NCBI GenBank assembly: GCA_964468795.1
Contig: CAYXWL010000014.1
Location: forward strand, 22,376 to 86,375
Origin: an uncultured Candidatus Saccharibacteria bacterium
GTDB taxonomy: Bacteria > Patescibacteriota > Minisyncoccia > Phycocordibacterales > DATDWN01
DNA length: 64,000 bases
Direction: 5' to 3'
Shown: piece after piece, positions 28,414-36,841 of the stretch
Numbering within the stretch: position 1 is the first letter of the stretch
How the letters are laid out: each line of letters opens with the position of its first letter
Position numbers and translations under genes: made by a program
Notes under the pieces: generated by a model
What the model was told of the DNA's origin: nothing
The model's input: only the letters and a program-made list of their open reading frames with translations
Databases searched by the model: none

Positions 28414-29223
28414 CTATGCTTGTTTTCTGTGTGATCTTTCTAAAGAGATCATTTTGTTTATATCATCATATGTGTATGGACCAACTTCACCTGATCTACT
28501 AATCTTTTTAAACTTTTGATTTACAAGCTTGGCTAAATCACTTCCTTTTATTTGACGGTTTTCCCAGACAAAAGCTTTTACCTCTTTAATTGAAGACTTT
28601 TTTGCTCGGAATTTGTTAATTTTTATTTCAGGATTTAAATATCTATCTTGAATAGGTTTAACTTCTGTAATAAACATTTTATGGATGTAATCAACTAACT
28701 CATTTTCCTTAACATATGGAGTAATGTTTATTGCAATGGGGTATTCTTTAACCGTTTGCTTGTTAACTTCGTTTCCCTCCACATCATTTTTTCTAATAGA
28801 GTCGCTTACAAGAACTTGCTTATACACGAAAGTATCTACTAAAGAAATCCTTTTGTTATAAAATACGAAAAACTCTACTGTGTCTGACCAACTTCTAATT
28901 GGTAAGGCATATTTTTCACAAATCTTATTTACATCTTTTTTTAATAAAAATTGTGCCTCATGCCCTTCTTTTTCATACCACTCATCTGGAATACTTGGAC
29001 CTTTATTTCTCCACTCATAACCCCTTAGAGGAATATGATGCTTAATTCTAATTGTTCTTACATCACTTAAAAAACGATCACCATTTGAAATCTCTACAAA
29101 ATATTTCCACATCTTTTTGAAAGAATTTGAGGAACGTAATCCTTTTACATTTCTCTCTTTAAAGTGGTCGTTCAAGACCTTTGAGTATTCTTGGTCAAAC
29201 TTGTCGTTTTTCTTCCAGTCCAT
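28414..29223 (-). CDS. Hypothetical protein
   Basis: 269-aa ORF with a basic C-terminus that may be an HTH. Confidence 0.7.
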   Translation of the reverse strand: MDWKKNDKFDQEYSKVLNDHFKERNVKGLRSSNSFKKMWKYFVEISNGDRFLSDVRTIRIKHHIPLRGYEWRNKGPSIPDEWYEKEGHEAQFLLKKDVNKICEKYALPIRSWSDTVEFFVFYNKRISLVDTFVYKQVLVSDSIRKNDVEGNEVNKQTVKEYPIAINITPYVKENELVDYIHKMFITEVKPIQDRYLNPEIKINKFRAKKSSIKEVKAFVWENRQIKGSDLAKLVNQKFKKISRSGEVGPYTYDDINKMISLERSHRKQA

Positions 29224-29348
29224 AAACGGAATTGTAATGAAATGTATACAAAATAGATAGCCCTACCTACACCAAATTGTGGCTTCTTGTGGCTTTGTTA
29301 TTTCCAATATATCCCTATAAATAAGGCTGTTTTGCCTACACAAGATAC

Positions 29349-29377
29349 TTGACAGAATAGTTAAATGGGTGTATAAT
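29349..29377 (+). promoter_or_regulatory. Perfect consensus sigma70 promoter driving the small-gene array
   Basis: TTGACA (29349-54), 17 nt spacer, TATAAT (29372-77). Confidence 0.85.
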
Positions 29378-29395
29378 TTGGATGTAATAAGTTGT

Positions 29396-29472
29396 TCTAA
29401 GAAAGTGCTCAATTTGAGCTTTCTCTTGGGACAATTTGGTCCCGATTTGTTCATTTTATCTGGAGGAAATCA
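29396..29472 (+). repeat. Array spacer 0 (diverged)
   Basis: Stem ctaagaaag..ctttctcttggg + gggacaatttggtccc hairpin + gttcatt + GGAGG. Confidence 0.55.
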
Positions 29473-29685
29473 ATGAAAAAAAGCCGTTATCTCGTGTTCT
29501 GGGTCTTGAACGGAACCATGAACATGGGGACTCAGACCGTAGAACTCAACGGTGTCATGAACACTGCTGAGTTCAACGATCTGCAGAAGAAATTGCGAAA
29601 GCAACACGGCAAGAACCTCTGCATTCAAGCCTTTAGCAAGTTTGAAGGCAATGATCTTCCGGTCATTAACATCAATGTGAAGTGA
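29473..29685 (+). CDS. Array gene 1, hypothetical (70 aa)
   Basis: GGAGG RBS, GC-rich codons, bounded by spacers. Confidence 0.75.
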   Translation: MKKSRYLVFWVLNGTMNMGTQTVELNGVMNTAEFNDLQKKLRKQHGKNLCIQAFSKFEGNDLPVININVK

Positions 29686-29696
29686 CCCCACCAAAT

Positions 29697-29799
29697 ATGG
29701 GGAGACTCAGTCTCCCCATCCCATCAAAGCAATTAAGAAACAATCTTGATTACTTTGATGGGATCAATTTCGATCCAAAGTTCTTTGAGGAGAATTTCA
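29697..29799 (+). repeat. Array spacer 1
   Basis: GC hairpin + tcccatcaaag..ctttgatggga stem + ggatcaatttcgatcc + agttctttgaggag. Confidence 0.85.
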
Positions 29800-30060
29800 A
29801 TGCTCAAGTACAACGGTGGCTGCATGACCACTGAAGAGATCCTGAAGTTTCAGGAGTCCATGACTTTCAGCGATGCTGAAGGTTACTCAATACAGGACAC
29901 CGATCGGATCGTAAAGCATCTCAGACACTGTCAGAAGTGCCACGAGAGATGCGATGACGCGGTTCGTAACTACTTCAAGGAAAAGGAGCTCATTCGCTTG
30001 GGCTTCAAGACCGCAGCACAGATGATGCTCGACGGGATCGACAATCAGCGTCGTTTCTAG
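29800..30060 (+). CDS. Array gene 2, small protein with H..HC..C zinc-binding motif (anti-sigma zf-HC2-like)
   Basis: MLKYNGGC...IVKHLRHCQKC; GAGGAG RBS. Confidence 0.7.
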   Translation: MLKYNGGCMTTEEILKFQESMTFSDAEGYSIQDTDRIVKHLRHCQKCHERCDDAVRNYFKEKELIRLGFKTAAQMMLDGIDNQRRF

Positions 30061-30077
30061 CACAACTTCTCCACAAC

Positions 30078-30175
30078 GGGCGAACATCGGGTTCGCCCTC
30101 CCACCAAAGTAATTAAATCTTTTTGATTTCTTTGGTGGGGCAATTTTGCCCCGGTTCTTTCAAATTAGGTGTAGC
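30078..30175 (+). repeat. Array spacer 2
   Basis: gggcgaac..gttcgccc + tcccaccaaag..ctttggtggg + ggggcaattttgcccc + ggttctttca. Confidence 0.85.
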
Positions 30176-30436
30176 ATGTTTGTTCAAATCGAAGTTCGGT
30201 ACGAATGGTTTGGCCAGAACACGGACATCAGCTTCGTCGGTCCTTTCGAGGATAAGTCGCTCGCTGTTACTTGGAGCGATGAATTCAATACCATCGCCAC
30301 AGTTCGCAAGGTCAAGGCGAAGTCCGAAGTCATTGAGGGTTCACCGACCAACCGAGTCGTCGAACCCGCAAACAAGACACCGCAAACTGTGCTCTCGACC
30401 GTCCTCCAGTCAATCAGCGAGGTCTGCCGAGGGTAA
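30176..30436 (+). CDS. Array gene 3, hypothetical (86 aa)
   Basis: MFVQIEVRYEW..FVGPFE...A..W; AGGTG upstream of ATG 30176. Confidence 0.7.
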   Translation: MFVQIEVRYEWFGQNTDISFVGPFEDKSLAVTWSDEFNTIATVRKVKAKSEVIEGSPTNRVVEPANKTPQTVLSTVLQSISEVCRG

Positions 30437-30443
30437 CACATAC

Positions 30444-30542
30444 GGGCGACAGAACATCGTCGCCCTCCCATCAAAGTTTTTAATGTTTTGAAAATTTTGA
30501 CGGGATCAATAAGGGTCCTAAGTTCTTTGAGGAGATAGACGG
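30444..30542 (+). repeat. Array spacer 3
   Basis: gggcgac..gtcgccc + tcccatcaaag..ttttgacggga + ggatcaataagggtcc + agttctttgaggag. Confidence 0.85.
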
Positions 30543-31061
30543 ATGATTACTGCCAGAAAAGGTTTTCCGCCGGTTCCGACCGCCGTAGCATCCATTCTGT
30601 TGGTTGCGATCGGTTTGCTCGTTCTCAGCATCATTGGGAGAATGAGTGCCCCGCTCATCGCCTACAACGACGATGGAAGCAAGATGACGGTCTACGCGAA
30701 CGTCATCACCACTGCAATCGAGCAGGCGAAGTATCGTGTCACAGTGAGCACTCACTACGAACCAGGGAAGAAAGCGGTTCGGATCGTCGACATGTATTCC
30801 CTGGAAGACAAGATGCACGCCAGCGTCACAGGGATCATGCGTGAAGATCTTGGTACTTGGGTTCGTACCTGCGCACTTTCAGACGAGAGTCTGAAAGGAG
30901 CACAGCCCCAATGCAACGAGAACGACAACATCGCCCTACGACTACTCGATGAGGCGATGAAGAAGACGATGGTGCGTGAAAACGCCATCGGCAACATGGA
31001 AGTTTTCTGGGCATGGGAACAAGGAACGAAAGAGGTCATCAACCAGATCAAGAACAAGTAA
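30543..31061 (+). CDS. Array gene 4, membrane-anchored/secreted hypothetical protein
   Basis: GAGGAG RBS, N-terminal TM helix, 172 aa. Confidence 0.75.
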   Translation: MITARKGFPPVPTAVASILLVAIGLLVLSIIGRMSAPLIAYNDDGSKMTVYANVITTAIEQAKYRVTVSTHYEPGKKAVRIVDMYSLEDKMHASVTGIMREDLGTWVRTCALSDESLKGAQPQCNENDNIALRLLDEAMKKTMVRENAIGNMEVFWAWEQGTKEVINQIKNK

Positions 31062-31088
31062 TACTTCGGTCTGGAACGTCTCCGACAG

Positions 31089-31127
31089 GACCGCCTTGCG
31101 CTAAGCGCTCGGCGGTCTTTCATTTTG
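31089..31127 (+). terminator. Hairpin/terminator closing the array
   Basis: gaccgcc...ggcggtc followed by tttcatttt. Confidence 0.6.
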
Positions 31128-31253
31128 TATACTTTTCAAACACCCCCACTCCCCTCAAAAATTCGGTTTTGTTCGGATTTATAAAATGCCACCTATTTTC
31201 AAGAACAGCTTTAGTTTTACTCTATTTCTGGTATAATTGTGTATACAACTGAA

Positions 31254-31394
31254 TATGGCCTAAACTTTTGAAAACAAGAGCATGGCACAGCAAGTCCTAA
31301 CAGACACAAAAAACCCATCATGGGGTTGTCTGTTAGGCCATATCGGGAAACCGGTATGAGAGGGTTCGCCCTCTACCCGTGGTGGGCTTTTTGT
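31254..31394 (+). promoter_or_regulatory. Structured leader with alternative pairings
   Basis: cctaacagaca/tgtctgttagg, tatggcctaa/ttaggccata and aaaaacccatcatggg/cccgtggtgggctttt, downstream of TGGTATAAT (31229-37). Confidence 0.5.
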
Positions 31395-31437
31395 ATTCTT
31401 AAAGTCCAAAACGGATTATTAAATTAATTACTAATCC

Positions 31438-31860
31438 ATGGATCAAACAATTCAACCTAAGAGGAGGTGGTACAAAAGTAAATGGTTTATTATTATAGTT
31501 GGAGTAATAGCACTAGTTATATTCTCAAGTTTTGGTGAAAGTAATACAAGCAACACAAGTACTAATCTATCTAACATTCCAAGTTCAGGCGAAGAGGGAT
31601 ACTTAAGAATAGAAAATAGTGAAATAGTTACTTTAGCTAGAACTAAAGAAGATTACGATGAACTCAATAAAGCTATGTATGCTAAAGATACTTACGGTAT
31701 AGCAAGAATGGTGATGGAGAATAAAGCTTTTGATGTTCCTGTTGGGACTAAGGTATTAGTTATTGATCAAAAATTTGGTGGTAGAAAAGTTAGAATACTT
31801 GAAGGTAAATATGCCATGGAAGATGGTTGGGTTGTTATGGAATTTGTAAGTAAGCAATAA
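31438..31860 (+). CDS. Membrane-anchored hypothetical protein (SH3-like C-terminus)
   Basis: KRRWYKSKWFIII TM anchor; 'V..GTKV.VI......KVRI..G.....GWV'. Confidence 0.7.
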   Translation: MDQTIQPKRRWYKSKWFIIIVGVIALVIFSSFGESNTSNTSTNLSNIPSSGEEGYLRIENSEIVTLARTKEDYDELNKAMYAKDTYGIARMVMENKAFDVPVGTKVLVIDQKFGGRKVRILEGKYAMEDGWVVMEFVSKQ

Positions 31861-31862
31861 CT

Positions 31863-32057
31863 ATGAGGCCTGTAATTTCCAAGAAACACGCATTGGAATT
31901 ACAGAAAATAATTAAAGATACTACTGGAAGAAATCTACCCTTAGGGGACTGCTTTGCCCTACTGGGACACCTCTGTGGACTCCTAGGGCTCTTGTGGTCC
32001 GTAGAGGATAGAAAAAATACATCTGAACCCAAGAACAACACGAAGTCATTGTGGTAA
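31863..32057 (+). CDS. Small hypothetical protein
   Basis: 64 aa, starts 2 nt after the previous stop. Confidence 0.5.
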   Translation: MRPVISKKHALELQKIIKDTTGRNLPLGDCFALLGHLCGLLGLLWSVEDRKNTSEPKNNTKSLW

Positions 32058-32212
32058 CCAGCTGGTTTGCTTGATTACTAGATATTTTCTATATTATTCA
32101 TTTAAAATACATGCGTTTTGCACTCTTATAAATCCATATTATTTACAATTTTTATCCCCAAATTAACTCTTGCTGCTTTTTATAAACCCATTTGGTATAA
32201 TGTTCGTAAGTA

Positions 32213-33229
32213 ATGCAAAACACTAAAAAACTTAGAACTTTAGATTTATTTGCTGGAATAGGAGGAGTGAGAATGGGTTTTGAAAAAGCAGGATTTGAGA
32301 CCATTTTTGGAAATGATTTTGACCCCTATTGCAAAGCAACCTATGACCTCAATTTCAAAGAGGCTCCTCTTACAGTTGCAAGTATAACTGAACTAAAAAC
32401 ATCAGCCCTACCAAATTTTGATGTATTACTTGGAGGTTTTCCGTGTCAGCCATTTTCAATTGCTGGTTACAGAAGAGGTTTTTTAGACACAGGAAGAGGT
32501 GATTTATTTTTTGAGATTATTAGAATAATTCGAGACAAAAAACCTCAAGCTGTATTTTTGGAAAATGTAAAAAACCTAAAATCCCATGACAAAGGAAAAA
32601 CTTTCAGTATTATCTCGGAAGCTCTTAAAGATCAGGGGTACTATGTAAAAGTAATGGTTCTTAATAGCATGATGTATGGAAATGTCCCACAAAATAGGGA
32701 AAGGGTTTATATCGTAGGTTTCAAATCAAAAAAACAATATGATGCTTTTGAGTTTCCTGTGCCTACCCCTTTAACAAAATCTGTAGAAAGTGTCCTAGAG
32801 AAAAATGTTGATAAAAAATACTATTACAATAATTCCTCACTTTATGAAACTCTAAAAAAATCAGGAATGAAGAAAGGAGTTGTATATCAGTGGAGAAGAG
32901 CTTATGTCCGAGAAAATAAAAATGGAGTATGCCCAACCCTAACGGCTAATATGGGAATGGGAGGTCACAATGTGCCATTGATTAAAGACACTAAAGGAAT
33001 AAGAAAACTTACACCAAGGGAATGTGCAAGACTTCAGGGCTTTCCTGATACATACAAATTACCAACCACTTTACCAGACTCAAAGCTATACAAGCAGTTT
33101 GGGAACTCAGTGACAGTAACAGTAATTGAGCGTGTTGCTGAAGCAATGAAAAGAGCGTTAGAATACAAAGACAATGTTCCTAGACCGACAACCAAAAGAT
33201 CAAGTAGCCTACTACGAACGACTGCTTAA
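32213..33229 (+). CDS. DNA (cytosine-5)-methyltransferase
   Basis: DLFAGIGG, GGFPCQPFS, LENVKNL, PQNRER, TLTANMG.GGHNVP, YKQFGNSV. Confidence 0.97.
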   Translation: MQNTKKLRTLDLFAGIGGVRMGFEKAGFETIFGNDFDPYCKATYDLNFKEAPLTVASITELKTSALPNFDVLLGGFPCQPFSIAGYRRGFLDTGRGDLFFEIIRIIRDKKPQAVFLENVKNLKSHDKGKTFSIISEALKDQGYYVKVMVLNSMMYGNVPQNRERVYIVGFKSKKQYDAFEFPVPTPLTKSVESVLEKNVDKKYYYNNSSLYETLKKSGMKKGVVYQWRRAYVRENKNGVCPTLTANMGMGGHNVPLIKDTKGIRKLTPRECARLQGFPDTYKLPTTLPDSKLYKQFGNSVTVTVIERVAEAMKRALEYKDNVPRPTTKRSSSLLRTTA

Positions 33230-34361
33230 AGCGGTTGGCTCTTTATCTAACCTTTTCTCAGAGTCTCCTGAGCCTTATTTGGCGTCCAGGGCTACTGAAA
33301 ACCTATTTTGTAAGGCTTTTAATGCAGAAAACCTTTCAAGATCTGATGCTTCCGCTGATGCTTCAAAAAATCGCATTGGACTTGGTATAAAAACCTTTCT
33401 TGAGGGTAACGGGCGTACCATGCAAAAAATAGCTGAATTCAATGGTGATCACATGCTATTTGAGTCTTTATCTCCTACAGAAAAAATAAAGAAAATAGCT
33501 GAATTAAGGAATGAAAGAATTGAAACAACTAAGCGTATTTTTGGATTAGATGAACTTATTTATCATTGTATAACAAGAAAAGTAGGAAAAATCTTGGTTT
33601 ACGAGACCTCTACTCCATTAATTAATATATCTGAAATTAAAGATGTAAAAGTAAACAAGAAAGAAAGTGTAATTCAATTTTCAGATAACACAGCAGAGTA
33701 TTCATTCAATGTATCCAAAAGCACTCTATATAAAAGATTTATTACTGAAAACATTTTATTGGATGTTCCCGTAAGAATACTTACTGATCCATTTTCAGAG
33801 ATAGAAAAACTTATTGCAGAAAAGGGTCTTATTTTTGCCCCAGAAAAAGTTTTACCTCATGTATTTTTACCTCTTTATTCAACAAGAGGCGGAGATAAAC
33901 ATGTGCCTGAAAAAAGCGGACTAAACCAATGGAATGCTCAGGGAAGACCGCGCGACCTGAATGAAGTCTATGTTCCTATACCAGCATGGATACACAGAAA
34001 GTTTCCTGGATTTTTTCCTCCCAGAGACCAAGCTTTTGAATTAACACTTCCAAATAGAGATATTCTTAGTGCTAAGATTTGTCAGGATAATTCAAAAGCC
34101 TTAATGAGTAACCCTAACTTAGCTTTAGGTAAATGGCTTCTAAGAGATGTAATGAACTTAAAGGAAGGTGAACTTCTTACTTATGAAAAATTGCAGACAA
34201 TTGGGCTAGATGCAGTAGTAGTCTACAAGATAGATAACCAGCATTATGATATTGATTTTACAAAAATTGGATCTTATGAAAAGTTTGAGATTGAGAATGG
34301 AGAAGGAACAAAGGATGATGAGTCGGAAACCATTACTGAACAAGACCAAGACGAAGAATAA
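33174..34361 (+). CDS. Type II restriction endonuclease (NgoFVII-family-like)
   Basis: Overlaps the MTase; ENLFC..F.A.NLSRSD...DA...G.GIKTF and KSGLNQWNA.GRPRD.NEVY.PIP. Confidence 0.8.
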   Translation: MFLDRQPKDQVAYYERLLKAVGSLSNLFSESPEPYLASRATENLFCKAFNAENLSRSDASADASKNRIGLGIKTFLEGNGRTMQKIAEFNGDHMLFESLSPTEKIKKIAELRNERIETTKRIFGLDELIYHCITRKVGKILVYETSTPLINISEIKDVKVNKKESVIQFSDNTAEYSFNVSKSTLYKRFITENILLDVPVRILTDPFSEIEKLIAEKGLIFAPEKVLPHVFLPLYSTRGGDKHVPEKSGLNQWNAQGRPRDLNEVYVPIPAWIHRKFPGFFPPRDQAFELTLPNRDILSAKICQDNSKALMSNPNLALGKWLLRDVMNLKEGELLTYEKLQTIGLDAVVVYKIDNQHYDIDFTKIGSYEKFEIENGEGTKDDESETITEQDQDEE

Positions 34362-34457
34362 CCAGCTACCGAACAATACTAAAATTATTATATAAAATTA
34401 ATTCTTGAGTCACTTTATTAAAATTTATAGTTCTAAACGCATTTAACCATTCCCGCA

Positions 34458-34685
34458 GACAAAAACACCATACAAATGGTGTTTTTGCTTTTAAGCGGAT
34501 GGGGTGAGATTCGAACAGATAGGGGTCGGGAAAGAAAGTCTTTCCCGGGGAGGAAGGCTTGGGAAAACCGTGGGTTTACCAGAGGTTCGCAGACTCACCA
34601 TTCCGACAACGAGTCGCGGTCGAAAGAATCTTGTTTTGCCGAAAACAAAATTACTTGAGACGGAATCTCACTCTTTCTCCCCTCC
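34458..34685 (+). repeat. Displaced tRNA-Ser tail element
   Basis: 34495-34516 is the exact reverse complement of tRNA-Ser 26127-26148. Shares blocks with the tRNA-Arg tail; partial direct copy gaatctcac at 34663. Confidence 0.8.
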
Positions 34686-34740
34686 CAATACAAATCTCCA
34701 CTTCACAACTTTTTATCTATTCACATGATAAAATTCTAAT

Positions 34741-35253
34741 ATGAGTGAATTTGGAACCGATCTGCAGGAAAAGCAAATATTTTATCTATTTGAAGGAAGC
34801 CTGTTTTTAAAAGGCGTACATGCTGTAATTGAAATTATTGGCGGAATATTGACTCTCTTCATTACTCAAAACTTCTTAATCAATGCAGTATTAGATATAA
34901 CCCACAAGGAGCTCGCTGAAGATCCGCACGATTTTCTAGTCAATTACCTGCTCCATTCGGCAAACAACTTTTCTATTAGTTCCAAATATTTTATTGCGTT
35001 CTACCTACTTAGCCACGGTGTGATAAAAGGAATACTAGTTATTTTGCTTTATGCAAAAAAGCTGTGGGCATATCCTGTTTCAATATTTGTATTTGGACTT
35101 TTTATGATATACCAGATACAGAGATACACTCGCACTCATTCCGTCTGGCTAATTGCCTTTACAATATTTGATGCATTTGTGATTTGGCTCATATGGCATG
35201 AATATAAACTTCAAAAATCCAAATCTGGGCTTGTTAGTTTGAAATCATCATAG
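34741..35253 (+). CDS. DUF2127-like membrane protein
   Basis: LKG..A.IEI.GG, EL.EDPHD, YLLSHG.IK, WAYP, Y..Y, D..VI.L.WHEY. Confidence 0.8.
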   Translation: MSEFGTDLQEKQIFYLFEGSLFLKGVHAVIEIIGGILTLFITQNFLINAVLDITHKELAEDPHDFLVNYLLHSANNFSISSKYFIAFYLLSHGVIKGILVILLYAKKLWAYPVSIFVFGLFMIYQIQRYTRTHSVWLIAFTIFDAFVIWLIWHEYKLQKSKSGLVSLKSS

Positions 35254-35285
35254 ATAAGTTGCCAGCCGAGTGATATAATTTTGAT

Positions 35286-35735
35286 ATGAAACTAAAACAA
35301 TTGTCAGTTTTATTGTCTAGAATCGCACTGTTCGTAATATATTTTTGGTTTGGAATATTAAAAGTTATCGGCCTATCACCTGCAAGCGGAATTGTACAGG
35401 AGCTTTTCGCAAAAACACTAAGCCCAATTCTTCACGCACTGCACCTATCTTTTATCACAGCCGGAACATTTGTTGTCATATTCGGAGTATTTGAAGTCAT
35501 AATAGGACTATTATTTATAATTCCTGGAAAAGAGAGATGGGCCATATATGCATTTTTTGCCCATATAGTTACAACAGGTCTTCCGCTATTTTTCCTAAAG
35601 ACATCTGTTTGGACTGGAGTTTTCGTTCCAACGCTTGAGGGTCAGTACATTATAAAAAATCTAGCATTGATTGCCTGCGTTGTTAATATATGGTCAATAT
35701 TGCCGACAAAAACAGAAGATCCGGTTATAATATAA
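35286..35735 (+). CDS. DoxX-like membrane protein
   Basis: LSRIAL.VIYFWFG.LK..G.SPA, G.FE..IG, TLEGQYIIKNL. Confidence 0.8.
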   Translation: MKLKQLSVLLSRIALFVIYFWFGILKVIGLSPASGIVQELFAKTLSPILHALHLSFITAGTFVVIFGVFEVIIGLLFIIPGKERWAIYAFFAHIVTTGLPLFFLKTSVWTGVFVPTLEGQYIIKNLALIACVVNIWSILPTKTEDPVII

Positions 35736-35738
35736 ATT

Positions 35739-36200
35739 ATGAATAAAATTTCCTGGAAAGCATTTGAATATTTGCACACAGAAAAAACCTCAGACTGGTA
35801 TTGGATCGTCGGAATAATCAGCGTGTCTATAGCCATACTTGCAGTAATATTCAATAACCTAATATTTGCTCTGCTCATTTTGGTATCAGCTGCAACCCTT
35901 TCCCTCTTTGCATCTAGGCCTCCACATCTAATAGAGATAAGCATTGATGCAGCTGGCGTAACTATAGGAAAAACTAGATACCCATACGTCCATCTCGAAT
36001 CTTTTTGGGTTGAAACAAACGAACATTACCCGAGGCTTCTCCTGAAATCAAAAAAGGTTTTAATGCCTTTTATTGTGGCTCTCATAGAAGAACACGATGT
36101 TCATCCAGATGAGATAAGAACATTTTTGCTCAATCATTTGCCAGAAGAAGAGCACACAGAACCTCTTTTGGAAAAAGTACTGCTTTACTTGGGCTTTTAG
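35739..36200 (+). CDS. Conserved CPR-type 2-TM hypothetical protein
   Basis: W.A.EY...EK..DWYW, two TMs, PH-like soluble domain. Confidence 0.75.
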   Translation: MNKISWKAFEYLHTEKTSDWYWIVGIISVSIAILAVIFNNLIFALLILVSAATLSLFASRPPHLIEISIDAAGVTIGKTRYPYVHLESFWVETNEHYPRLLLKSKKVLMPFIVALIEEHDVHPDEIRTFLLNHLPEEEHTEPLLEKVLLYLGF

Positions 36201-36238
36201 TTTTTTCTACCTTTTGTGATAATCTGACCATTATCTAT

Positions 36239-36310
36239 GCTCTCGTAGTTTAATGGATAGAATGCAACTTTGCGGAAGTTGCGATCCAAGTTCGATTCTT
36301 GGCGAGAGCA
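36239..36310 (+). tRNA. tRNA-Arg(GCG)
   Basis: GCTCTCG...CAACT-TTGCGGA-AGTTG...GTTCGATT...CGAGAGCA. Confidence 0.93.
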
Positions 36311-36494
36311 CAAAATATACGTAGTAGATTTTGCTTGAGCCAAAATCGAACTAGATAGGGGTCGGGAAAGATAGTCTTTCCCGTGTCGGAAAGCAGCGAG
36401 CAGAGCGAGCGTTGGAAAACCGTGGGTTTCCAAGGAGAGAGATATCCTGGCGAGAGCACAAAACAAAAAAACCACCAAATGGTGGTTTTTTGTT
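36311..36494 (+). repeat. tRNA-Arg tail element plus terminator
   Basis: gccaaaatcgaac (36339-51) is antisense to the T-arm; direct copy tggcgagagcacaaaa at 36448; hairpin aaaaaaccacc-aaat-ggtggtttttt. Confidence 0.8.
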
Positions 36495-36759
36495 AAGCTG
36501 ATGCTTTCTTTAGCATCGCAGCAATTCGAGATTTCTTTCTAGCTGCTGTGTTCTTTTTTATAAGGCCAGTTTTTGCCGCCTTATCGAGAATTTTTTGAAC
36601 CTCTTTCATGTACTCCTTTGCATCCTTCACTTTCTTGTCTGCAACAAGTTTTTTGATGTTCTTGAGAGTTTTGTTTACTTTCTCCTTCTTTGCAGTATTG
36701 AAAGACTTCTTTCGCTGTGATCCTCGAAGAGCCTTTTTAGCTGATTTTGTTATTGGCAT
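36493..36759 (-). CDS. rpsT: 30S ribosomal protein S20
   Basis: MPITKSAKKALR...LDKAAKTGLIKKNTAARKKSR. Confidence 0.95.
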   Translation of the reverse strand: MPITKSAKKALRGSQRKKSFNTAKKEKVNKTLKNIKKLVADKKVKDAKEYMKEVQKILDKAAKTGLIKKNTAARKKSRIAAMLKKASA

Positions 36760-36841
36760 AGGCAAGATAGTATAACAGAATATAAAAATAATCAAGCCTC
36801 AAAACATAGCTCTCCCCCTAGAAATAGAGTATTATAGTGGT

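Larger units (their letters stand above)
26145..34457. mobile_element. ~8.3 kb integrative island in tRNA-Ser(TGA)
   Basis: Serine recombinase at the left end and ccgca core at 26145-26149 and 34453-34457 (ccatccgca vs ccattcccgca). The host tRNA-Ser tail element resumes at 34458. Cargo is an R-M system and hypothetical genes. Confidence 0.85.

Noticed and set aside
29697-30542. Array spacers as canonical integron attC sites or CRISPR repeats
   Set aside because: There are no complementary RYYYAAC/GTTRRRY ends and no tyrosine integrase in the window. Units are separated by whole genes rather than 30-40 nt spacers, and there are no cas genes.
26145-34457. Prophage or conjugative element
   Set aside because: No recognisable capsid, terminase, relaxase, T4SS or replication genes; treated as a minimal integrative island.
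18318-36478. ORFs overlapping tRNAs and tail elements (18318..18719, 19783..20058, 22118..22429, 34476..34744, 36197..36478)
   Set aside because: They translate tRNA or repeat sequence and have no protein-like features or start signals.
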